Part shown: positions 44,799-55,115 of the stretch, one piece after another
Layout of the letters: each line of letters begins with the position of its first letter
Position numbering within the stretch: the stretch's first letter is position 1
Source: a virus
Lineage: Duplodnaviria > Caudoviricetes
Virus record (IMG/VR): IMGVR_UViG_3300037248_000259
Span: 1-57,264 of that record
DNA length: 57,264 bases
Strand: one strand, 5' to 3'
The notes under the pieces: model-generated
Told to the model about the DNA's origin: nothing
Seen by the model: only the letters and a program-made list of their open reading frames with translations
Databases searched by the model: none
Made by a program: the position numbers and the translations under genes

Positions 44799-47369
44799 TC
44801 ACCCGATAAAGCCGACCGGCACATAGCCTAGCACGAGATTGGCGAGAACGAAATCAGGGCTGTTCGTCGTGAACCGAGCGCCAGCGTAAACGAAACTGAG
44901 TCCAACCGTTCCCGCCCACCACGTTCCCCAATATGGGTTCGGCGACGAGAAGTTGATCGACGAAATCAAAGAATTCTGGGCGACGCCGCTCTGGACGGCG
45001 CCATAGCCGGCCGCCTGCACGGCGAGGCCGGACGCCACATAACTCATCGAGCCTTGAACGCCCGCCGCGCCGCTCGACAAATCCTGGGCTGTCATCGAGG
45101 TGAACATTAAATCTTTTACAAGAAACGACGAGTCCGCCCCGTATTGCTTGGTGTCAAACCGCTTGGTAAGACTTGTCGACGGCGCATTGAACAACGGATA
45201 GAGATTTGTGCCGTTAGTCCCCCAAGCGTAAAACTTCGAACTGATCTTTTGCGACCCGATATAGGTCAACGTAACAGACTGACTAGTGACGATCCACTCC
45301 TTCTCATTCCACGTCACCATCGCGTTGCGGTACTGCTTCGTGTCCGGGTCTTGGATCGTCATCAGGCAAAGATAATGCTTGATGTCGAACAAAGTGGCGG
45401 TAGCTGCCGAAGGAAGCACCGCGTCGGCGGTCGGAGGAAAGATGGCGTTGACGAAAATATCATCCATCTTCGAGCTGACCTTAGCCAGATTGCCGCCGTA
45501 CAGACCGTAAATTCCAGTTGAATTTCCAGCCAGGATCGATCGGCCGAAATCCTGAATGGAATCGCGCCACGACAAACCGTTCTGCGGATCGACGTTTTGG
45601 TAATTGAAGGTTGTCGTCGCCGGCGTACCGGACGTGATCACGTTCGACACGACGCTAACCGATCCGTCGCCGAAGAAATAGAGGTAACCGTTCGACTGCC
45701 GGATCGCCACGTACTGCGTTTGCAGGAAACGATCCGAGTTGACAAACAGGCCGCCGCCGTCCGACGTCGCGAAGTCGGTGAGCGAACTCGCAGCGCTGTA
45801 CGAAAAATTGCCGCCCGGCGGCTGCGAGCCGTAAAGAGGCGGCGCCGGATTGCAAATCCACACCCGCGAGTTAAAAGTTTCGATCGACGATCCGCTGATC
45901 CCGTAAGGCATCAGCTCGACCGTCGCATAGGCCGCGTTGTTAGCCCCTGGCGTAATCTCGACCGCTGGCGCGTTCGTGTAGCCTGAGCCGGCGTTGGCGA
46001 TCGTCACCGAGGCGATCGACGTCGGCGTCAAAACCGCTTCCGCCGTCGCCTGCGAGCCGCCTGCGGGAGGCGCGGCGAGCGAAACGATCGGCGCCGAGTT
46101 GACCGAACTTCCGGACGCAGTGACCTGAATCGACGTCACCGTTCCCGTACCGTCGATGAATGAGTTGGCGGAAAAACCGGAAGGACTCGGCGTCAGAGTC
46201 ACGGCCGGCGGGCTGGCGTAACCGGAACCGCCGTTCGTCACGTTGATGCGAACTACCGGCGTCGGGGTAAGCAGAACCTGTCCCGTAGCCCCCGAGCCGC
46301 CGCCGCCGACAAATTTGATGATTGGATTGGTCGTGAAGCCGCTTCCCGCGTTCACCACCGTCACTGACTGCACGCCGGCCGGCGCGAGCAGCGCCGACGC
46401 CGAAGCGCCGGTTCCTGGGCCGCCGAAGGCAATCGTCGGCGCGCTGGTGTAGCCGGAGCCTTGGTTGGTGATGGTCACGCCGATCACGGCGCCGGCCGAA
46501 ACGAGCGCCGTCCCCGCCGCGCCAGTGCCGCCGCCGCCAGAGAACGAAACCGACGGCGCTACCGTGTAGCCGGTGCCGCCCGCAGTAACGTTGACCGCGC
46601 CGACCTGGCCACTGACCAGTTGCGCCGTGAGAATGGCGCTCGAATCCGAGCCGCCGCCGGAGAACGCCAGTTGCACGATGTCGCCAGGCTGATAGCCCGA
46701 GCCAGGATTGATGATCTGCAAGTTGACGACGGCGCCGCCGGAGACGCTTGCCGTAACCGCCAGTCCGGTTCCCGAGCCGCCAAACGGCGTCACCGTCGGC
46801 GCGGAAGCGTAATCGAGCCCGCTGGCGAGAATGTCGGGGTTGTTCTGCTGGTTCGGAGCCGCCGTGCCAGCCCCGTAAAGGATTGACCCATCCCAAGCCC
46901 AATAATCGTTCCCTGTATTACGATTGCTGATCAACAAAAACTGCGTACCGTACTGACTGAAGCCGGGAAGCATGCCGTTGGCTGACTGATAGAAAGTGCC
47001 CGCTGCGGCAATCGACGTCGTCGAGCCGGACGGATAGGCGACCTGCACCGCCGACCCGTCGCTTAAAAACACTACGAAATAATAGCTGGAACCGATCGTG
47101 TAGGCGAAAAACGCAACAATCGTCAATCCGCCAGACGCAGTGTAAAGCGGCGCGCCGACATCCCAGGCGGTTCGCAGCTTGCCGTCGCCGATGCGCAGGA
47201 AGTTTTCGACGTAGGAAAACTCCTTGTCGTCGACCGCGATCGCCGACGACTGCGTATTCATGCCACTGAAAGGAAACGGACTATAAGTCTTGAACCCGGT
47301 CGGAAGTCCAAGCGTCTGCTGCGCCCGCGCCGACATCTGACTCTTTTGCGGGTCGGCCACGACCGTCAC
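44799..47369 (-). CDS. Tail nozzle/stabilisation (tubular B-like) protein with GSGY repeat insertions
   Basis: PFSGMNT..ENF..G.LR N-term; beta-rich; repeated V.V.NGGSGY..AP.V; position after adaptor. Confidence 0.72.
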   Translation of the reverse strand: MTVVADPQKSQMSARAQQTLGLPTGFKTYSPFPFSGMNTQSSAIAVDDKEFSYVENFLRIGDGKLRTAWDVGAPLYTASGGLTIVAFFAYTIGSSYYFVVFLSDGSAVQVAYPSGSTTSIAAAGTFYQSANGMLPGFSQYGTQFLLISNRNTGNDYWAWDGSILYGAGTAAPNQQNNPDILASGLDYASAPTVTPFGGSGTGLAVTASVSGGAVVNLQIINPGSGYQPGDIVQLAFSGGGSDSSAILTAQLVSGQVGAVNVTAGGTGYTVAPSVSFSGGGGTGAAGTALVSAGAVIGVTITNQGSGYTSAPTIAFGGPGTGASASALLAPAGVQSVTVVNAGSGFTTNPIIKFVGGGGSGATGQVLLTPTPVVRINVTNGGSGYASPPAVTLTPSPSGFSANSFIDGTGTVTSIQVTASGSSVNSAPIVSLAAPPAGGSQATAEAVLTPTSIASVTIANAGSGYTNAPAVEITPGANNAAYATVELMPYGISGSSIETFNSRVWICNPAPPLYGSQPPGGNFSYSAASSLTDFATSDGGGLFVNSDRFLQTQYVAIRQSNGYLYFFGDGSVSVVSNVITSGTPATTTFNYQNVDPQNGLSWRDSIQDFGRSILAGNSTGIYGLYGGNLAKVSSKMDDIFVNAIFPPTADAVLPSAATATLFDIKHYLCLMTIQDPDTKQYRNAMVTWNEKEWIVTSQSVTLTYIGSQKISSKFYAWGTNGTNLYPLFNAPSTSLTKRFDTKQYGADSSFLVKDLMFTSMTAQDLSSGAAGVQGSMSYVASGLAVQAAGYGAVQSGVAQNSLISSINFSSPNPYWGTWWAGTVGLSFVYAGARFTTNSPDFVLANLVLGYVPVGFIG

Positions 47370-47704
47370 CTATCCAAAATGTGAACCAGCCTGCTATCAG
47401 TTTGGCTCGAATAAATCTCGTCGCTCAATTCGCGTGGCTCGTCCTTCCTGGCGTTCTCCTCGAGATTTCGCTTCTGCGTCTCGGCCTCGATATGCCTGAC
47501 CATCTCCTTGACGTTGCGAGATGAAATCTCGGCGATCTTCTGATGCGAGTGCGGTTCGAACTTGGCGATAAAATTGTCGAGCAGCAGAAGCAAGGACGCA
47601 GTCCGAACCTTCGTCTCGTCCTTATTCGGATCGATTGACATTCGAAGCGTTTTCGCCAGAGAAACAATAGACGCTTCCTGATCATGGACGGGCTTCCCGA
47701 TCAT
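47366..47704 (-). CDS. Hypothetical protein
   Basis: 4-nt overlaps on both sides. Confidence 0.55.
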   Translation of the reverse strand: MIGKPVHDQEASIVSLAKTLRMSIDPNKDETKVRTASLLLLLDNFIAKFEPHSHQKIAEISSRNVKEMVRHIEAETQKRNLEENARKDEPRELSDEIYSSQTDSRLVHILDR

Positions 47705-48495
47705 GATACGTTCCAGTAATAATTTGACGTCTTCCCTCTGTCGACCGCCACGCGAGAAACGCCGAGCCGATCCGCGAACTGGTTCTCCATCACCTGAGCA
47801 ATCTGGTACCGATATGTCGTCTGAAACGCCAACGACGCAGCGCCGAACTTGATCGTGTTCCTGAACGCGCGCGGAATCGCGTCGTAGTCCTCGTTCGTCC
47901 AGATATCAGATGGGATGACATAGGCGTCGAGCTCGATATCGCCGGTCGTCGAGGGCGCCGGGAACATCCAGATTTCACCATCCTCGCCGTCGTTATAGAC
48001 CGACCAGTAATAGGGGTATGACGTGACGAGCGTCGCGTAGGCGCGCCCGTAAGCCTGAAAGTCATCCCATGGAAGCCAGGCTAGAGTTGGCCGAATCGCC
48101 CCGCCCCAATTCACCGAAAGTGCGATCGTGTCGATGACGCGATCGCAGCCCGCATATTCAGCCTGCAGAACCGGGTTGAAAAAGCCGACATATGGATACC
48201 GCTCCTGACCAGGGATCGTCTGCAGCGGGTTCGACGCCGCGCCGTTCACCGTAAAAGCCGAGAAAGCGTTCGGCAGCGAGCCGGGCTGCATGCCGCCCGG
48301 CACGGCGACGCCCGGCTGCGCGCTGGCGCCGAACGCCGACTGGCCGGTCACCAAGCGGCGAATGCAGCCTGAGCGCTGCGCGCACTGGCGGCGCGCCTCA
48401 TTGATCCAGCGCACCACCTGCTTTTCGGGAGTGCCCTGCAAGCTGTAGTCGTGCAGCAGCGCCGAAGTGTCTTGGATATAGTCTGAGAGCGGCAT
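47701..48495 (-). CDS. Head-tail adaptor (tubular A-like)
   Basis: L.DYI..T..LL..WINEARRQ; P.Y....IWMFPAP; IP.AF...I.FGA. Confidence 0.7.
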   Translation of the reverse strand: MPLSDYIQDTSALLHDYSLQGTPEKQVVRWINEARRQCAQRSGCIRRLVTGQSAFGASAQPGVAVPGGMQPGSLPNAFSAFTVNGAASNPLQTIPGQERYPYVGFFNPVLQAEYAGCDRVIDTIALSVNWGGAIRPTLAWLPWDDFQAYGRAYATLVTSYPYYWSVYNDGEDGEIWMFPAPSTTGDIELDAYVIPSDIWTNEDYDAIPRAFRNTIKFGAASLAFQTTYRYQIAQVMENQFADRLGVSRVAVDRGKTSNYYWNVS

Positions 48496-48566
48496 CGGTT
48501 CCTCTCAAAACAAAGGCCGGATGATCCTGTCACCCGGCCTATCCAGTCTGGGCCCTGCAAGTCGCG

Positions 48567-49643
48567 TCAGGTGGTCAGAATCTCGCTGACGTCGGCCACG
48601 CCGCCCATCGTGAAGGCGAACGTCGCCGTCTGAGTGATCAGGGCGCCGTTAGTCGTCACCAGGGCCGTCGGCGTCGAAGTATAGATACCGCCGTCGTAGA
48701 ACACGGCGCCGGTCGCCGTCGGGGCGCCGCCAGATTCCGGCATCAGGATGCTGGCTCGCCGCGTCTTCACGAGGTTTTTCTGCGTCGAGACGTTGGTGTA
48801 GGCCGGGGCGGTGGTCGGGAAGGCGTCGAGCCCGGACAGTTCCGAAGGACCGGTGAAGCCGGTGCCGGCCGTCGGCGTGTAGGCGGTGATCGACCAGCAC
48901 ATGATTGCGGTCGCCGCCGCGGAAGACCCGCCGCCGCCGGTGAAAGACAAGGTCGGAACCGAAGTCAGCGGCGTGCCGTGATCGATGCAGAGCACGCCCG
49001 TCACGGTGCCGCTGCCGGTCAGGGACGCAACAGCCGTCGCGCCATAGCCTTGAGCGACGCCATTCACGCCTTCACGCGGATCGTTGACGAAAGAAATGGT
49101 CGGGGGCGACGTGTAGCCTGCGCCCTGATCGACGATCGTCACCGTCGACACCGCGCCGCCCGAGAGCGTGCAATAGCCGGTGGCCGGAATGCCGCCGGAA
49201 GGCGGCGGCGAGAACAGTACGGACGGCGGGTAGGTGTAGTTCGAGCCGCCGTTCGAAACGGTGACCGACGTGTTGACCGCGCCGCCGACGATCGCGCGCC
49301 AAATCGAGCTGCCCGCGGAAGCCGTCACGGTCGGAGCCGACGTGTAGCCGGAACCGGCGGTCGTCAACAGGGCGCCGACTGCGCATCCGGTCTGATTGGC
49401 GAACCGGTAGTTGTTGCCGTCGGAATACGTGTAGAACGGCGAAGCGTTGTAGCCGCCGCCGCCGACGTTAACCCAAACCTGCATGATCGGGTCGAATTCC
49501 TGCAGCGAGCAGTATTTGCCCGGCCGCACCAGATACCATTGCGGCGGCGTGATCTGCCAGCACTGGCCTGCCTCAAGCGAAATTCGATTGCTGACAAGAC
49601 CCTTGAGACTCGGGGTTACGCCAGGACCGCCAAAGAGACCCAT
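48567..49643 (-). CDS. Virion decoration/structural protein
   Basis: GSGYT repeats; directly after capsid. Confidence 0.65.
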   Translation of the reverse strand: MGLFGGPGVTPSLKGLVSNRISLEAGQCWQITPPQWYLVRPGKYCSLQEFDPIMQVWVNVGGGGYNASPFYTYSDGNNYRFANQTGCAVGALLTTAGSGYTSAPTVTASAGSSIWRAIVGGAVNTSVTVSNGGSNYTYPPSVLFSPPPSGGIPATGYCTLSGGAVSTVTIVDQGAGYTSPPTISFVNDPREGVNGVAQGYGATAVASLTGSGTVTGVLCIDHGTPLTSVPTLSFTGGGGSSAAATAIMCWSITAYTPTAGTGFTGPSELSGLDAFPTTAPAYTNVSTQKNLVKTRRASILMPESGGAPTATGAVFYDGGIYTSTPTALVTTNGALITQTATFAFTMGGVADVSEILTT

Positions 49644-49655
49644 CTGTCACGCTCC

Positions 49656-50729
49656 TCAGATAACCGCCGGCGCAGTATTCGGTACATTCGGCCAGGCCGC
49701 ACCTTGAATGCCTGTCACTTGAGCTCCCGACGACGGCTTGGCGCAGACGAGATCGGCGCAGGAGATCAGCACCCCGATGTCGGCGATCTGGCCGACCGGA
49801 ATCTGGCTCTCGAACCCGGAGAACGTCATCGGCGCGTATTCCGACATGAACAGGCCGGTGTAGCGCGAGTTGACGATGAACGCCGTGCCGAGCGGGCAGA
49901 ACGGGTCGGGGAAGCAAGGCGTGTCGAGCACCCGGATCGCCCGGAAGCCGGTATTGACCATGTCGTCCTGGCCATAGATCGACCGCGGCTTGGTCGTGTA
50001 CATTTCGAGGCCCTGATAATCGGACATCAGGACCGCCCAATTGGCCGGATTCATGACCATAAAATCAGGCGCTTCGCCGCCGGCTCCGGCCTGGACGCGG
50101 ATCAGCAGCTGCGCGGCGCCGACCCGTGAGGTCGGCTGCGTCGGCACGTTGGCGATCAGCTGACCTTGCCACATCTGATTGCCGGAGCGGGTGATTCCGC
50201 CATAGGACGGAACGTTGGTCCCGTCGTCGTAGGCCATCGCCAGCGAATCCCAGGCTTGCGGGTTGGCGTAATTGTTGGAATAAAGCGCCTGCGCGTAAGC
50301 CTGCTTGATGACGACCGAAGCGTCCGACATCACGGCGCGCAGCTTCGGAATGACCACTTCGGAGGATTGCAGAATCGCTTCCATTCCGAAGAAGCCGATC
50401 GGCACCATGCCGAGCTTGAGGTTGAACTGAGCGTCCTGGATCGCCGCCGCATCGGTCGGCATCGGGAAATCGCCGGCGAACGATCCCCAGCTGAAAGATA
50501 CGAACGGCGAACCTTGAATCGGCACGGTGATCTGGCTTACGCCGCCACGCGCCGCCTTGGCGTTCGCCATGAACGCCGACAACATCGGGTGCGACTGGTA
50601 AACCTGAACATACACTGTTTCGATGAATGCCCTGCGCGTTATCGCCGCTAATTGTGCACCTAAAGCACCCCCAGGAACCAGTCCGTTCCCAGTAATCGGT
50701 CCTACGGGCGATGTCGGAAGCGGCGCCAT
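49656..50729 (-). CDS. Major capsid protein
   Basis: 357 aa after scaffold; GGVSQITVPI, YGGITRS...WQ, DPFCP.G..F.VNSRY, L.C.KP. Confidence 0.82.
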   Translation of the reverse strand: MAPLPTSPVGPITGNGLVPGGALGAQLAAITRRAFIETVYVQVYQSHPMLSAFMANAKAARGGVSQITVPIQGSPFVSFSWGSFAGDFPMPTDAAAIQDAQFNLKLGMVPIGFFGMEAILQSSEVVIPKLRAVMSDASVVIKQAYAQALYSNNYANPQAWDSLAMAYDDGTNVPSYGGITRSGNQMWQGQLIANVPTQPTSRVGAAQLLIRVQAGAGGEAPDFMVMNPANWAVLMSDYQGLEMYTTKPRSIYGQDDMVNTGFRAIRVLDTPCFPDPFCPLGTAFIVNSRYTGLFMSEYAPMTFSGFESQIPVGQIADIGVLISCADLVCAKPSSGAQVTGIQGAAWPNVPNTAPAVI

Positions 50730-50739
50730 TTATCTTCCC

Positions 50740-51369
50740 TCAGTAGCCAAAATTGATACGCGCCAAGGGCTCGCCCATGACTTCCGCATAGTAGTCTCGA
50801 GCCGTCGACGGGTTGAGCGCCTTGGCGCACTCCGCATCAAAATACTTCTCGGGATCGCGCCACAGCGACTTCAGGCGATCGCTCGCCGCATCGTTCTGCG
50901 CAAAGTTGACATATTGCGGGCCGACGGTCGGGCCGGGAGACACCGGAGCCGGCATCTCGGAAAGAATGTAAGCGGCGGCAGCGGCCGGGTCCGTGTAATT
51001 TCCGGTCTCCTTCATCCGCGCGATCACCTTGTCGCGCGTCTCGTCGGTGAGGCCGTACTTCTTCACCACGGCGTCAAAAGTCGCCTGGAACGTCTGCTCC
51101 TGCTGTTTCTTGGCGTCGTCTTCGCGCTGCTTGCGATCGGCCTCGCGCTCGGCGGCGAGTTCGTCGAGGCGTTTCTGCAACGCTTCGTTCTGAGCGCGCA
51201 GCGGCGCGATCACCGGCTCAAGCTGATCATCGACGATCGGAACGCCGAACTTCTTGTTGGCGGTGCGGCGCACCTTCGGCCCAACTTCGGCGTCGTTCCA
51301 AAGCTCCTGCACCATGTCATAGGCGCGCTGCATCTGCTCCGGCGATACAGTTTGCGTATTCTCAGCCAC
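50740..51369 (-). CDS. Putative scaffolding protein
   Basis: Charged coiled-coil immediately upstream of capsid. Confidence 0.65.
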   Translation of the reverse strand: MAENTQTVSPEQMQRAYDMVQELWNDAEVGPKVRRTANKKFGVPIVDDQLEPVIAPLRAQNEALQKRLDELAAEREADRKQREDDAKKQQEQTFQATFDAVVKKYGLTDETRDKVIARMKETGNYTDPAAAAAYILSEMPAPVSPGPTVGPQYVNFAQNDAASDRLKSLWRDPEKYFDAECAKALNPSTARDYYAEVMGEPLARINFGY

Positions 51370-51371
51370 GG

Positions 51372-51587
51372 TCAGGTCCTGTCATTACGGGCTCGCGAAC
51401 GCTTTGAGCCGCCAGCTTCGGCGTTGCCGCCGGTGTGATTGATCGGTTTCGGACCAATGGACACGCTGCGCGGCATGCCGGACGGCCGCGCGCCGTAGCC
51501 AAGGTTATCAAAGTCGACGTATTCCATCAGACCCTTGTCGCCCTCACGGGGGACGTCGTTGTCATACGCCTTGGGAAATCGGCTCAT
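51372..51587 (-). CDS. Hypothetical protein
   Basis: GAGGAG RBS, MSRFPKAYD... Confidence 0.6.
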   Translation of the reverse strand: MSRFPKAYDNDVPREGDKGLMEYVDFDNLGYGARPSGMPRSVSIGPKPINHTGGNAEAGGSKRSRARNDRT

Positions 51588-51597
51588 AATCGTCTCC

Positions 51598-51972
51598 TCA
51601 GGCCGCCATCCGGGGCGGCATCGGCGGATAAGCTTGCTGCGGTTGCGGCGGAGCGCCGCCGCCGGCGAGGGCGGCAGGCGTCGCCTGCGTTTGCTGCTGG
51701 CGCGCAGCGAGCGCAAGCTGTTGAATGAGAGCGGCCGGATCATTGGCTCCGGCGACCTGCCCGACCTGCTTGGAAAGATCGGCCACTGCTTTGACGACTG
51801 CGCCGTGCAATTCAGACCCGAGCGGCAACATTGGGAGGGCTTTTTGAAGCGCTTCAAGCCCCATGCGCACAAGGTTGGTCCCCTGCGCGCCAGCTCCGGC
51901 CATCGCGGAAGGCTGCGCGGCCGGGCCAATTCCGCCGGGAGGACCTGCGGGTTGCGGCAGGGGACCGTCCAA
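51598..51972 (-). CDS. Pro/Ala/Gln-rich head-module protein
   Basis: ALQKALPMLPLGSELH core with low-complexity ends. Confidence 0.6.
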   Translation of the reverse strand: MDGPLPQPAGPPGGIGPAAQPSAMAGAGAQGTNLVRMGLEALQKALPMLPLGSELHGAVVKAVADLSKQVGQVAGANDPAALIQQLALAARQQQTQATPAALAGGGAPPQPQQAYPPMPPRMAA

Positions 51973-52127
51973 GACTACTTCCGACGCGATTTGCGAGAAT
52001 GCTTGCGGCGCATGGTGGGCTCCTTTTGTTCGAACGGGAGAGCAATCCCAATCCCGGACAGCGCCACATTAGACTTTTTTTGGAACAACTGTCAATCTTA
52101 GGCCCCATATCTAGCGGCTGACCGACT

Positions 52128-53891
52128 ATGCAGATACCAAAACAGCGAATTGCACAGTTCACCCGCGACGTCGTCGACCAGTGCAACGCCAGCCGCCAAA
52201 GCCGTCTCAACCAGTACACTCTCTACGGCAATTACGCGCTGAGCGGTTCGGAACGCCCCGACATGGGCGCCATATATAATAAGACGTACGCCTACCTCGA
52301 CGACCTTGAAAGCCTGCTTTATTCACCGGTCGGCCTGCGCTTCCACATTTCCGATCCGGACCGCCCGACCATCCGCGACGAAGCGATGGGCCGCGCCGCC
52401 GCCGCCAAGCTTCGCCAATATGCTCGCTCGAACGACACCGACACCCGCATTTCACAGGCTGTCTGGTGGAGCCTAGTCAAGGGCAAGGCGTTCCTGAAAG
52501 CCAATCATCAGCGCCACAAATTCGGCTCCGATCTCGTGCAGCCGGAAAGCCTTGGCGTACGGCACGAAAATCACGTCACGCTCGACGAAAACATGGAAGC
52601 ATTCTGCCACTCCTACTTTATCTCGTTCGAGCAATTCGCTCGCCTAATATGGAACAGGAGCGACAAAGACAAACTGTTGAGACAGGCTCGCAATTTCGTA
52701 AATACGATCGAAATCGGCGCCCAGCACGGCGCCGATCGCCAGGTCGTCACCGGCGGGCTCTACCCATTCCAGCCAGCCGGGTCGGGCACCCCAAACCGGA
52801 CGTCCGGCATCGTCGACTGGATGGGCCTGCCGCGGCCGATCCTCGCCTCGAAAGTGCAAGCCAACCTGATCGAAATGCACGAGGCCTGGGTCTGGAACGA
52901 CGAACAGGAAGACTGGACTACGCTGCAGCTGATCGGCGACAACCTGCTGATCCTGGGCCAAGAGCAGCTGATGAACGCCTTCGCCTATGATACGCAGACC
53001 AAAATTTCGACTCCGGAATTGAAAGGCAAGCATCCGTTTCTGGAATTTTGCGCCAATCCGATCGCCGACTATTTCTGGGGACGCTCGGAAGTCGTCAACG
53101 TCGCCCTGCTGCAAGAGGCGATCAACACCCGCATCATCGGCATCAACAAAATCCTGCGCCTGCAGGAAGACCCGACCACCCGCTTCATCGGCTCGACCGG
53201 CGTCAACCAGCAGACGCTCTCGCGCTACCGCAAACCGGGCGGCTATTGGACCGACAGCAATCCGAACGCCAAGGTCGAAAAAGACCAGATCCAGCTACCG
53301 CCCGATCTCGCCGGCTGGCTGCACGAGCTCGAACGGATGTTCGACGAAATGGGCGGCCTGCCGCCGATCGCCCGCGGTCGCGGCGATTCTGGAGTGCGCA
53401 GCGGCAGCCACGCCGAGACCCTGGTGCGGATGTTCTCGCCGCGGTTCAAGGATCGCGCGCTGCTGATCGAACGCGACGTCGAAGCGCTCGGCGCTGTCTT
53501 TCTTGATATGGCGAAAGCACACGTGGACAAGAAACTAATCGCCTGGATTCCCGCCAACGCGGCGCCACTCGAAGGCGAAAAACCCGATCCGCTGATCGTC
53601 CCGCCGGCCCCCGGCTTCGTCGCGCTGCCATTCCAATTCAGCGACCTGGACGACGACGCCGTGGTGACGATCGACTCCCACTCCTCCTCACCAGCCTTTT
53701 CGGCGGAAGCCAAGCAGCTCGTCTTCGACCTGCTCAAGATCGGCGCCATGGCGGCCGAAGACGTCGTCCAGAAAGTCGACATCGACGATCCGGAAGGATT
53801 GGTGGCCGGCATTCAACGCCGCGCCATCGCCCGTCAAAAAATGGAGCAGGAAGCGCTTGCGCTCAAGGCGCAAACGCATTCCAAGAAATGA
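52128..53891 (+). CDS. Portal protein (inverted relative to the operon)
   Basis: 587 aa between terminase and scaffold; HPF..F...YFWGRS.V..LQ..IN; GVRSG. Confidence 0.8.
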   Translation: MQIPKQRIAQFTRDVVDQCNASRQSRLNQYTLYGNYALSGSERPDMGAIYNKTYAYLDDLESLLYSPVGLRFHISDPDRPTIRDEAMGRAAAAKLRQYARSNDTDTRISQAVWWSLVKGKAFLKANHQRHKFGSDLVQPESLGVRHENHVTLDENMEAFCHSYFISFEQFARLIWNRSDKDKLLRQARNFVNTIEIGAQHGADRQVVTGGLYPFQPAGSGTPNRTSGIVDWMGLPRPILASKVQANLIEMHEAWVWNDEQEDWTTLQLIGDNLLILGQEQLMNAFAYDTQTKISTPELKGKHPFLEFCANPIADYFWGRSEVVNVALLQEAINTRIIGINKILRLQEDPTTRFIGSTGVNQQTLSRYRKPGGYWTDSNPNAKVEKDQIQLPPDLAGWLHELERMFDEMGGLPPIARGRGDSGVRSGSHAETLVRMFSPRFKDRALLIERDVEALGAVFLDMAKAHVDKKLIAWIPANAAPLEGEKPDPLIVPPAPGFVALPFQFSDLDDDAVVTIDSHSSSPAFSAEAKQLVFDLLKIGAMAAEDVVQKVDIDDPEGLVAGIQRRAIARQKMEQEALALKAQTHSKK

Positions 53892-53992
53892 CGGCTTGCG
53901 AGGTTTCACGGGGGCTGATGACATTCCGCGCTAGGTAAAACCCGAACCTCGCCTTGTAGCGCCTTGCACGCTCGCCCGTTGCCGCCGCGGAT

Positions 53993-54012
53993 GCGGGTGG
54001 AGTACTACCCGC
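53993..54012. terminator. Hairpin between convergent genes
   Basis: GCGGGTGG-AGTA-CTACCCGC. Confidence 0.45.
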
Positions 54013-54032
54013 GCGAACTTGCTTCGCCCATC

Positions 54033-54611
54033 TTATTTTAGTTTCTCGGTTCGAACTAAACGCAGCGCCGGCTCGCCTTGCTGCTGCGGCAAGATCGCTT
54101 TCGGATTGAGCGCCATCTGCTTGAACGCGCCGGCCATGGCGCGACGTCCGAGCATATCCATCCGGTTCTTGAACCGCGGGCCGGCCATGCGCGCAACCTC
54201 GGAGCCGGAGAAGAAACTGTCGGCGGCGCGCTGCTGCGCGGCCGGCAGTTTCGGAGCCGCGATCTCGCCCTCGCGGATGTTGTCACGAAGATCAGTAAGT
54301 CCATGATCTTTCATGACTATCTGCGCCGTCTGATCGACCGCCTTGACGATCGGTTTGTCGCCGATATGGGCTGGCGGACGACCTTCTTCGATCATCGCCG
54401 CAACCCGCTCCTGCGCCCGCTCGCGCGCGATTTCTTCGCGCTGAACTTTACACGCGGCGTCGGGACAAGACGGCGGCTTGCGGCCGGGCTTAGTTGTCAC
54501 GCGACTATATTCGTTGCCGCATAGATTGCAGCGAAAGTGCTCGCGATAACGACGCGGCTGCAAGTAGCCGTCCGGCTCGAGATAATCAGTTGCAGTGTGA
54601 TCTTCCATCAA
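54033..54611 (-). CDS. Zinc-ribbon protein
   Basis: FRCNLCGNEY...SCPDAAC. Confidence 0.65.
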   Translation of the reverse strand: MMEDHTATDYLEPDGYLQPRRYREHFRCNLCGNEYSRVTTKPGRKPPSCPDAACKVQREEIARERAQERVAAMIEEGRPPAHIGDKPIVKAVDQTAQIVMKDHGLTDLRDNIREGEIAAPKLPAAQQRAADSFFSGSEVARMAGPRFKNRMDMLGRRAMAGAFKQMALNPKAILPQQQGEPALRLVRTEKLK

Positions 54612-54826
54612 CTGGACTCCGATTTAATGTTGCCGGATTGTACGCCGTAAAATCTATTCGCGAAGTCACCATAAAACTGCTGCGGAGGAAAAAACGCCGA
54701 CGCGATCATCGACTTGGCGATCGTCTCCAGGGCTTTCATCTGTCGCCATGCAATGAACGCCACGAAGTCGTCCTGCCCCCGATAATCGCGTTTTTCCTTC
54801 ATGAAGTCGTCGAGCTGTTCGGTCAT
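54608..54826 (-). CDS. Hypothetical protein
   Basis: GGAG RBS; coupled. Confidence 0.5.
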   Translation of the reverse strand: MTEQLDDFMKEKRDYRGQDDFVAFIAWRQMKALETIAKSMIASAFFPPQQFYGDFANRFYGVQSGNIKSESS

Positions 54827-54839
54827 TACGCTCTCCCTC

Positions 54840-55115
54840 TTACAAACCCTGCCGCGTCGGCCGCCACTCGACCGGCTCGAATTCGATCGGCGACCGGTTG
54901 CCGAGCAGACGACAGTCGGTCCAAAACGATCGCGCAACCCACATCCGCTTCGCCGCGTCGCGCATCCGCGTATTGACCCATCGAACCCGCGTCCAATCGC
55001 GATTCGGCGCGCGCACTTCAATGATCTCACCATTTTTCGGAGCGGTATCCATTGTGCGCCGTTCCGAAACGTCGTTAATCGGCGGCGGAGCCTGCACTGC
55101 TGCTTTAGCCATCAC
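54840..55115 (-). CDS. Hypothetical protein (DUF551-like)
   Basis: MDTAPKNGEII...P.EW.P. Confidence 0.55.
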   Translation of the reverse strand: MMAKAAVQAPPPINDVSERRTMDTAPKNGEIIEVRAPNRDWTRVRWVNTRMRDAAKRMWVARSFWTDCRLLGNRSPIEFEPVEWRPTRQGL

